NCBI GenBank assembly: GCA_964555385.1
Contig: CAZKSP010000001.1
Location: forward strand, 1-41,605
Origin: an uncultured Chitinophagaceae bacterium
GTDB lineage: Bacteria; Planctomycetota; Planctomycetia; Pirellulales; UBA1268
Reading direction: 5' to 3'
Length of the DNA: 41,605 bases
The notes beneath the pieces are model-generated. The model was not told the DNA's origin. It searched no databases and saw nothing but the letters and a program-made list of their open reading frames with translations. Positions 34,707 through 41,605 of the stretch are shown here, piece after piece (position 1 is the stretch's first letter; each line of letters opens with the position of its first letter). The position numbers and the translations under genes were made by a program.

Positions 34707-36443
34707 TCATTTAGCAGCTGTCGCCAGCCACTCATCAGCCCAGCCCCGGACAGCATCAAGCCCCTTGCGGTGGCAGAAGTCACCCAGCGTTTCGCCGTTG
34801 TCACGTTCAGCCTTGAAGCAGGCGAGCACTGCGGTGATCTCACGGGTGAGTTCCTCGAAGGGAACCGTGTCCTTGTACTTCTCGTTGAGCCGGTCCCCGA
34901 GCAGCCGGCCACCAAGAAACATCGTGTACTTCCCGGCGGTGCGGCCAACGATACCGATGTCAGAGTTGTAGGGCCGGGCACAGGCGTTAGGGCAGCCGGT
35001 CATCCGCAGCGTAAAGGCCTCGCTGGCCAACCCCAGCTTGGCCACTTCGGGCTCCAGATGATCAATCAGCCCGGGCAGTACCCGCTCACTTTCTGCCACC
35101 GCCAGGCCACAGGTCGGCAGGGCGACACAGGCCATGCTCCAGCGACGCAGGGTTGAGATCTCTTCAGAGGTTTTCACACCATGCTCGTGCAGGATCTCGG
35201 CAATTCGTTCCCGCGCACCAGCTTCGAGATCGGTAAACAGCAGGCTCTGGTGGGCGGTAATTCTGACGCCGGGTTTGAACTCGGTGAGAATCTTCCGCAG
35301 GGCCGTCTTTAGCTGAAAATCGTCGCGGTCGATGATCCGGCCATTTTCAACATTGAGGCCGTAGAAGAATTTCCCGTCGCCCTGTTCAAACCAGCCGATG
35401 TGGTCATCAAAGCCGTGCACGTCGGCCTCGTGGCAGGGGGCCAGCGGCTTGCCGAAGTATTCCTCGACCTTGGCCCGAAAGGCCTCAAGGCCCATGTTGT
35501 TGATGGTGTATTTCAGCCGGGCCACCTTCCGGTCGGAGCGGTTGCCGAAGTCCCGCTGCACTTTCACAATCGCCACCGCGATATCGATCACATCCTCCGG
35601 CGGCACAAAGCCCAGCCGCTTGGCCAGGGCCGGGAAGGTCTTGGCGGCACTCGGCGTCACCCCCATGCCGCCGCCAGCCAGCACGTTGTAGCCGAGGATT
35701 TTGCCATCTTCATGCACGGCCAGCAGACCGAGGTCATTGGCATAGACGTCGGTGCAATTGTCCTCTGGCAGGGCGAAGGCAGTTTTGAACTTTCGCGGCA
35801 GATAGGTAGGACCATAGATGGGCTCCACCTCGTGGCCGTTGACGCCACCTGCCGCCAGTGTCTTTTCCCCGGTCTCGTCATCAGTCAGCCAGATCTCGTG
35901 ATAGGCCGTCGTCCGTGGAGCGAGGGCTTCTGCCAGCTTTTCAGCCATCACCATCATCTCGTCACGAACGGGATTGTTGCGGATTGGTGCTGGGCAGCAC
36001 ATCACATTCCGCTCGACATCACCGCAGGCGGCCAGCGTGGTCAGCTGGATCTCGTTGATCTTCTGGATCGTTGCCTTGAGATCTCCCTTGATGATGCCGT
36101 GGTGCTGGATGCCCTGCCTGGTAGTCAGCCGCACACTGCCGTTGGCCAGGTCATCACCGAGATCGATTTCGGCCAGCATCTGCTCGGCGGTCAGCTTGCC
36201 GCCGGGAATCCGCGTGCGGACCATGAACGAGATCTGCTTCTGGCTCTTCTCCCCAGCCTTTGTCTTCTTCTTGTCGCGATCGGCCTGCTGGTAGGTGCCG
36301 TGGTTCTTCAGTAGCTGCACACTGCCTTTGCCGAAGCCGTCCGAGCCATCGATAAGTTCCTGAGGGATGTCGCCAGCAAGATAGTTGCTCTCGGTCTTGA
36401 AGACCTCAACGGCACTGGGCTTCGCGGTGGTTTCGTCTGACAT
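34707..36443 (-). CDS. cysI: Assimilatory sulfite reductase hemoprotein (CysI/Sir family, sirohaem-[4Fe-4S])
   Basis: 578 aa. N-terminal SNYLAGDIPQEL....G.......LLK.HG.YQQ.DRD. Cluster/sirohaem ligand motifs CVALPTCGLA (Cx5C) and TGCPNACARP (Cx3C). No cysJ is adjacent, so the electron donor (NADPH flavoprotein versus ferredoxin) is undetermined. Confidence 0.92.
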   Translation of the reverse strand: MSDETTAKPSAVEVFKTESNYLAGDIPQELIDGSDGFGKGSVQLLKNHGTYQQADRDKKKTKAGEKSQKQISFMVRTRIPGGKLTAEQMLAEIDLGDDLANGSVRLTTRQGIQHHGIIKGDLKATIQKINEIQLTTLAACGDVERNVMCCPAPIRNNPVRDEMMVMAEKLAEALAPRTTAYHEIWLTDDETGEKTLAAGGVNGHEVEPIYGPTYLPRKFKTAFALPEDNCTDVYANDLGLLAVHEDGKILGYNVLAGGGMGVTPSAAKTFPALAKRLGFVPPEDVIDIAVAIVKVQRDFGNRSDRKVARLKYTINNMGLEAFRAKVEEYFGKPLAPCHEADVHGFDDHIGWFEQGDGKFFYGLNVENGRIIDRDDFQLKTALRKILTEFKPGVRITAHQSLLFTDLEAGARERIAEILHEHGVKTSEEISTLRRWSMACVALPTCGLAVAESERVLPGLIDHLEPEVAKLGLASEAFTLRMTGCPNACARPYNSDIGIVGRTAGKYTMFLGGRLLGDRLNEKYKDTVPFEELTREITAVLACFKAERDNGETLGDFCHRKGLDAVRGWADEWLATAAK

Positions 36444-36630
36444 GGAATTCCTGAGACAAGCTGCTGCCCCCCACAGGGTGAGGAGTCAGCAGGGGGTTAC
36501 ATGTTTACCTACTTCCTAAGAATAGGCGATTTGTCTCGTTGGAGCGATACAGACCTGTCCCCAACCGACAACGGCTGAATCGTATACTTTGGGGGGCAAT
36601 CAGCCGTTTCACATCCCAAGATTCACGTCA

Positions 36631-38283
36631 ATGAACCCCGCACTCATTTTTATCGGTGCCGGCGCAGCCAGCCTTTTCTGGTCGGCAGCCTGCACAGCAG
36701 CTGGTGTTCGCTGCCATCGCCCCTGGCTTCGCCGGCTGCTGTTGGTGCTGGGTCTGCTCGCCCCACTGCTGACATTGCTGCCGTGGCTTGTTGGCACGAG
36801 CATGCTGGCATTTCTTGCCGAGCTCGAGGTGAACTGGTTTGGGCCAGTGCTTAGCCTGTTCATTTCAGCACTGATAGGTGGGGGCTGGATTCTGAAAGCT
36901 GGCACCCAACCCCACGGCGGTGGGTGGGCGACAGTGCCGGCAGCAAGCTGGCCGGTGGGTAGTCTCTTTGCCCTCTTTCTATTGGCGAAGGCAGGAACGG
37001 CCGGGGCTGTGCTCATGCTCGATCGCGCCGCCTTCGCTGCGTCCAGCCGCCTGTACGTCGAAGCCTCGGACTTGATGAAGGTTAACCTGCCACCTGCAGA
37101 GAATGACAACACAAATGCAGCAGGGATTTATAAGGCTGCTTTCGTCCTCCTTGAAGAGGACCTGGCCCTCGGGCAAAAAGATTCTCCGCTCGGAGATACC
37201 GCCGTCGACCCGACCAGCCCACCGGTTATTGACCTCCTTGATCGCCATGCCCCAACACTCACGCTGCTCCGCACGGCAGCCGAACGTGATGGCTGCCGAT
37301 TTCCTCGGGACTGGACCCGGCCGTCGTTCGAGATGCTGTTACCCGAACTCCAGCATCTGCGACAGGCGGGGCGGTTGGTTCGGATCGCAGCTCTGCAGGC
37401 TGCGGCCTCAGGCCGCTCGGCTGACGCCATCCACGATGTCGGCCTGCTGGCGCGGATCAGTCGACACGCTGCTAGTGAGCCCTTGCTGATCTCTGGACTG
37501 GTCGGCATCGCAATCGATGCGATGGCCCTCGACACCTTGGCTGCCATTCTGCCGCAGCTTACCGCCACGGATCGTCCGCTCCTCAATGACGAACTGCTGA
37601 ACGACCTCCTTGTACTCTCGCCATCACTGACCCGGCATTTCTATGGTGAGGAAGCCTTTGGGCTGCGGACCTTTGCCGCGTTGGCAGATGCCAGCTTGGG
37701 CATGGAGATTCTCGGGCTGGTGCAGCCAACAGCAAATCAGCAGCCGCCTTCGCTTTCACTGTTGTATGGCTCACCTGCGCTGACCTTCTACCGCATCTTT
37801 TTGTTACCCGATGACCTGGCTGGCTACCGTCACGCCATGCGAACCCAGCAGCAGATTGCAGCCCAAGCCATGCCCTACGCCGAAAAGCAGACACAAATTG
37901 CTGCGTTGGAATCCCAGCTCAATGAAAAACGGCCCGGTATCCTCTCAGCTGTGATCCTGCCATCGCTCGCAGGAGCATTGCGGGCTGAGGCCCGCAGCCA
38001 GGTGCGACACCGTGCTGCCCAGGCCGCTGTCGCAGCCACCCGGATGCGGCTCGAGACAGGGAGTCTGCCGGAAAATCTCGCTCGTCTTGTGCCCAGTGCA
38101 TTTCCGGCTCCGCCATTGGATCTGTTCACTGCCGATCAGCCACTTCAATACCGAATGACAGACGACGCCCTGCTGATCTATTCCGTCGGCCCCAACGGTG
38201 TGGATGACGGAGGCCCTTCCGGGCCGGAAGCAGACGGTCAATCATCGAACGATGACATCGGCCTCCGGCTATCGATTCAATGA
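36631..38283 (+). CDS. Large membrane-anchored hypothetical protein
   Basis: ATG 36631. About four N-terminal hydrophobic helices, then a ~400-aa Leu/Ala-rich helical region, ending with LLIYSVGPNGVDDGGP (a pseudopilin-tail-like motif). No family recognised. Confidence 0.6.
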   Translation: MNPALIFIGAGAASLFWSAACTAAGVRCHRPWLRRLLLVLGLLAPLLTLLPWLVGTSMLAFLAELEVNWFGPVLSLFISALIGGGWILKAGTQPHGGGWATVPAASWPVGSLFALFLLAKAGTAGAVLMLDRAAFAASSRLYVEASDLMKVNLPPAENDNTNAAGIYKAAFVLLEEDLALGQKDSPLGDTAVDPTSPPVIDLLDRHAPTLTLLRTAAERDGCRFPRDWTRPSFEMLLPELQHLRQAGRLVRIAALQAAASGRSADAIHDVGLLARISRHAASEPLLISGLVGIAIDAMALDTLAAILPQLTATDRPLLNDELLNDLLVLSPSLTRHFYGEEAFGLRTFAALADASLGMEILGLVQPTANQQPPSLSLLYGSPALTFYRIFLLPDDLAGYRHAMRTQQQIAAQAMPYAEKQTQIAALESQLNEKRPGILSAVILPSLAGALRAEARSQVRHRAAQAAVAATRMRLETGSLPENLARLVPSAFPAPPLDLFTADQPLQYRMTDDALLIYSVGPNGVDDGGPSGPEADGQSSNDDIGLRLSIQ

Positions 38284-38302
38284 CCGCGATTTCACCCGCT
38301 TG

Positions 38303-39652
38303 TCAGTCAAGCTCACTGAGAAAGTCTTCGAACTTGTTGTTGGCCTGCCGCGGAATCTCGGCAACCTGGTCGACAACGATCCGGTGAGGAAAGCAGAGCA
38401 TGTCGGCGAAGGCCTGCTGCAGCCGGACGATCTCGTCGGGTGTCAGTGGCCGGCTGGCGACCACTTTCAGGGCAACTGTTTCAAGCGTTCGCTGAATGGC
38501 CTGCAGCTGCCGGATTGGGGCAATTCCGGCCCAACGGCTTTCAGGAAAGCTGGGCCAGTGCTCCGTGCCGTCCGGCAGGCGAATCATGTTACGGCGGCGG
38601 CCGACGATACGATCGAGAACCGGAAGGCTCCGGCCGCAGGGACAGGCTCCGCCCAAGGCGGCATAGTCGCCCAGCTCATAGCGAATCAGCGGCATGGCGA
38701 GGTTGTGAAGCGTCGTGATCACGACCCGGCCGATCTGGCCGGGTGGCAGTGGCTCGCCATCCGCATCCAGAATTTCCAGCAACAGATTCTCCGCCTGCAC
38801 ATGGTAGCGGCCCTCCTCGCACTGAAAGGCAATCACGCCGATTTCTTCCGATGAGTAGATGTCGGCAATCCCCACACCCCAGACTTCCCGGCATTGGGCC
38901 ACCGTCGTAGCCGGCAGCATCTCACCAAAAGTCCTCACCTGCTGAAGCCCTGGAAGGACAACGCCTTTGGCTGCCGCCAGCCGCAGCAGTGAACGCAGGT
39001 TGGATGGGTGCGTGAGCAGATACTGGGGTGCCTCTGCCACCAGCCAGTTGAGCTGCACCGCAACGTCTTCGCGGATGTTCAGGCTCACCGCCGGGCCAGT
39101 ATGAAAAACCTGGTCCGTTGCGGCCCCCCAGCCCCGCGACTGCCCCCGCTCGACGTTCGAGCGAATCGCAGCCAGTTTGCCGTTGAAGTCACGGTCTTGC
39201 CAGAGATGCTCCCGCAGCGTCAGCACCCGCCAGAAGAGCATCGTCAAATCGGTCTGCAAATATTTTACCGGCATGCCTGTAGAGCCTGACGTCTGGCCCG
39301 GATGGATACCACCGTGGCGGTTGCCAATGCCCTGATTGAACAACTGCGGCCCAAGCTGCTGCACCGCTGCCCGCGTGAGGAGTGGAAGCTGTCTCAGCCC
39401 GGCTGCATCAACAGGCATACCAGCCTGATAGCCTGCTTTTTCTAGCCGCTCTTTCCAGAACGGCACACCTGTCATCACGTCGGCAAACAGCTGCTGCAAC
39501 TGAAGTAACTGGGCTGCCTTCAAGGCCTCGGATGACAGCCGCTCACTGTGCTGGAACTGATAGAGCAGCGCCAGCGACTGGGCACCAACATCGCTTGGAA
39601 TCGCCGGCCATTCACACCCAGGAATCCGGCTCCAGACAGAGGGAGGCATCAC
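38303..39652 (-). CDS. Phenylacetate-CoA ligase family / CapK-like adenylate-forming enzyme
   Basis: 449 aa. AMP-binding core motif GQTSGSTGMPVKY, a YSSEE region, RYELGD, and a C-terminal IPRQANNKFEDF (catalytic Lys region). Start is GTG 39652 or ATG 39649. Confidence 0.8.
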   Translation of the reverse strand: MMPPSVWSRIPGCEWPAIPSDVGAQSLALLYQFQHSERLSSEALKAAQLLQLQQLFADVMTGVPFWKERLEKAGYQAGMPVDAAGLRQLPLLTRAAVQQLGPQLFNQGIGNRHGGIHPGQTSGSTGMPVKYLQTDLTMLFWRVLTLREHLWQDRDFNGKLAAIRSNVERGQSRGWGAATDQVFHTGPAVSLNIREDVAVQLNWLVAEAPQYLLTHPSNLRSLLRLAAAKGVVLPGLQQVRTFGEMLPATTVAQCREVWGVGIADIYSSEEIGVIAFQCEEGRYHVQAENLLLEILDADGEPLPPGQIGRVVITTLHNLAMPLIRYELGDYAALGGACPCGRSLPVLDRIVGRRRNMIRLPDGTEHWPSFPESRWAGIAPIRQLQAIQRTLETVALKVVASRPLTPDEIVRLQQAFADMLCFPHRIVVDQVAEIPRQANNKFEDFLSELD

Positions 39653-39768
39653 GATAACCTGCAGCCGTTATTGATTCGGCGTGAGATCCTGCACTCGCAC
39701 GAACACTCACCGGTCGATATGGAATGGGTTCACAGAGCTCTTGAACAGCTCGCGGTCCGACTCATTCT

Positions 39769-41605
39769 TTATTCTCCGGGAAGAAAAACAACCGGCAATG
39801 AGTTCCCAAAAATCTCAAAGTCCTGAAAAGTCCAGACAACTTTTTTTCTGGGTGTTACCTCGATGATCTGAGGATTTTCTGGCCCAGCATGGCAGTTGAC
39901 CAATAGGGTGTTGCCATTCGCCAGCCGCCGCACCTGAGTCACCCAGGCAAGGGTGATGCCGGGAAGATCATGTTGGTCAATTTTCCAGACAATTTCCTTC
40001 GCTGGCGTCACTTCCAGCACGCTGTGGCCGTTGCCTGTGCCGATCAGGGTATTGCCGTCCTCCAGTCGGATGGCAGAGTAGACCTGATTACCGAAGGCCG
40101 CCGGGCCATGGCCGCCCTTCGGCGGTTTGCCGAACAGCGGCACGTCATACTCCCAGATGAGCTTTCCGGTCTTGTCGTACTCCCGCACGACCCCATCCTT
40201 TTCATGGGCGACAAGATAGGTGCCGGCAGCAGTCTTCCGGGCATTTCGGGTGTCCGAGTGAACCGACGGGGTGTCGACCTGCAGACTGAATTGGTGCGTG
40301 ATGTTTCCCCCACGATCGACCTCGATAATGCGGGCCGGTCCCGATTCCACAATCATCGTGATGCCATCGGCCAAACGCTGAAAGGCATGGACCTCGACCG
40401 GGCGATTGGCATTACCGTTGGCCATCGCATCGTACTCCCAGACCGGCATGCGGTCGGCATCAAGTTCGATGATCCGGGTCCAGCCATCCTGATAGAGCAG
40501 ATGCCCGTCTGGCAGTAGATGCAAATCATGAATCTGTCCGCAGGGAATTTTCCATTCCACCTTCCCATCAGCAGCGATTGCCGCAAGTGTCTTTCGTGAA
40601 CTGTCAGCAGCAATCAGCTGACGCCCCAGGACGTTGCCGGGACCGACTCCGGCAGCCTGCATCGCCTGCCGACCGAGGGCGGGACCGTTGTCAGCAGGCA
40701 GTTGCTCATGCCAGGCGACAACCTCTGCTGTGAGCGTTGCTGTCCGCTCCGGTTCGGCTTCAGCCAGATTCCGGGTCTCGCCAGGATCATTGGAAAGATC
40801 AAATAGCTGCTTGTTTCCACCGTCATAGTCACACAGCAGTTTCCAGTTGTCTCGTCGAATGGCCAGGTCGGGAAGCACTGCCTTCCCAAGTGGCCGCCAC
40901 AACTTGCGGTCAGGTGGTCGCCTCCAGCAGATGCTGCCAGGATGGCCTGCCGGTCGTCTTCCAAGCAGGGCAGGTGAAACATCAAAGCCATCCAACGCGA
41001 TGCCCTGGGGAACAACCACGCCCGCAACAGCCAGCAGCGACGGAACAAGATCGAAGGCCGCAAAAACAGATGCCTGATCGCTGGATCCCGCAGCCTCCGG
41101 GCTTACCAAACCCGGCCCCCAGACAATCAGTGGTGAGCGAATACCACCTTCGTAGAGTGTCGTTTTCGCACCTCGTAACGCTCCTGCCGACACAACTCCT
41201 GGTTCCGGGCCATTATCAGAACAGACGAGCAGCAGCGTGTTGTCACGTAGCCCCGGCGTCGACCTGAGAAGATCAAAAAGTGGCGCGAGCTGCCTGTCCA
41301 TTGCCTCCAGGACCCCCCGAAACTTTCCCTGGCGATCATCCTGCCGCTGAGCAATCGGCGGCCAATAGGGAGCGTGAACATCATCGGGCCAGAGGTTCAC
41401 ATAGAATGGAGCGTCTGCCTCAACGGACTCGCGGATAAAACTGCTTGCCGCCTCCGTGAACCCCCCGGTGATCCGTGACCGCTGCATCCAGGTCGCAGGG
41501 CCAGTGAGCCGCTCGGCATCCTGCCAGATGCGGCCCTGTTTCCCACCGGGTGTTTCGGTCAGCGGCAGCAGCTTGGGGCCCATGCCCTCAAAATTCGTCA
41601 GGGAT
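39769..41605 (-). CDS. Sulfatase (C-terminal part of the catalytic domain) fused to a C-terminal beta-propeller-like domain; 5' end outside the window
   Basis: The reading frame stays open to the window edge upstream of the listed Met (..SLTNFEGMGPK..). Sulfatase blocks: FYVNLWPDDVHAPY, NTLLLVCSDNGPE, KTTLYEGGIRSPLIVWGPG, LFDLSNDPGETRNL. The last ~285 aa (39769..40626) has repeated DG..L/W.Y strand patterns (LEDGNTLIGTGNGHSVLEVTP.KEIVW, LANGNTLLVNCH.....IIEVTP.KKVVW). Confidence 0.85.
   Translation of the reverse strand, partial: SLTNFEGMGPKLLPLTETPGGKQGRIWQDAERLTGPATWMQRSRITGGFTEAASSFIRESVEADAPFYVNLWPDDVHAPYWPPIAQRQDDRQGKFRGVLEAMDRQLAPLFDLLRSTPGLRDNTLLLVCSDNGPEPGVVSAGALRGAKTTLYEGGIRSPLIVWGPGLVSPEAAGSSDQASVFAAFDLVPSLLAVAGVVVPQGIALDGFDVSPALLGRRPAGHPGSICWRRPPDRKLWRPLGKAVLPDLAIRRDNWKLLCDYDGGNKQLFDLSNDPGETRNLAEAEPERTATLTAEVVAWHEQLPADNGPALGRQAMQAAGVGPGNVLGRQLIAADSSRKTLAAIAADGKVEWKIPCGQIHDLHLLPDGHLLYQDGWTRIIELDADRMPVWEYDAMANGNANRPVEVHAFQRLADGITMIVESGPARIIEVDRGGNITHQFSLQVDTPSVHSDTRNARKTAAGTYLVAHEKDGVVREYDKTGKLIWEYDVPLFGKPPKGGHGPAAFGNQVYSAIRLEDGNTLIGTGNGHSVLEVTPAKEIVWKIDQHDLPGITLAWVTQVRRLANGNTLLVNCHAGPENPQIIEVTPRKKVVWTFQDFEIFGNSLPVVFLPGE

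Noticed and set aside
35400-36314. 304-aa ORF on the plus strand inside the cysI region
   Set aside because: It is fully antisense to a gene with unmistakable sulfite-reductase motifs. The translation is low-complexity (Gly/Val/His/Leu-rich) with no recognisable domain. This is the typical stop-poor antisense frame of GC-rich DNA.
1-41605. Whole-window scan for CRISPR repeats, tRNA/rRNA genes, IS elements or terminal inverted repeats, integrases, toxin-antitoxin pairs and known defence-system gene sets
   Set aside because: No regularly spaced direct repeats, no cloverleaf-compatible segments in the spacers I inspected, and no transposase, recombinase, nuclease or helicase signatures in any long ORF. 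The only paralogous repeat is the conserved N-terminal region of the two DUF1559 genes.

Overview
GC-rich, gene-dense chromosomal segment with about 38 protein-coding genes and very short or negative intergenic spacers. The gene families point to a Planctomycetota-type genome: two DUF1559 / H-X9-DG prepilin-like proteins, a PSCyt-DUF1549-DUF1553 + DUF1501 gene pair, a sulfatase, and housekeeping genes (gcvP, lysS, ilvE, ispE, spoVG, rlmN, rsmE, cysI, a Lol-like ABC transporter). I see no rRNA, tRNA, CRISPR array, transposase/integrase or phage genes. There is one clear cis-regulatory RNA, a tandem glycine riboswitch in front of gcvP. Most of the window looks like ordinary core genome. The best candidate for something undescribed is the translationally coupled Nif3 - GT2 glycosyltransferase - BshC-like - Eis-like GNAT cluster (29.7-34.7 kb), which ends next to assimilatory sulfite reductase. 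Next are two loci where a small envelope protein rich in metal-ligand residues (a His-rich lipoprotein, a Cys-cluster membrane protein) sits directly upstream of a DUF1559 gene. All functional calls come from reading the supplied translations and the nucleotide sequence by eye (motif recognition), not from database searches. Start codons are often uncertain.
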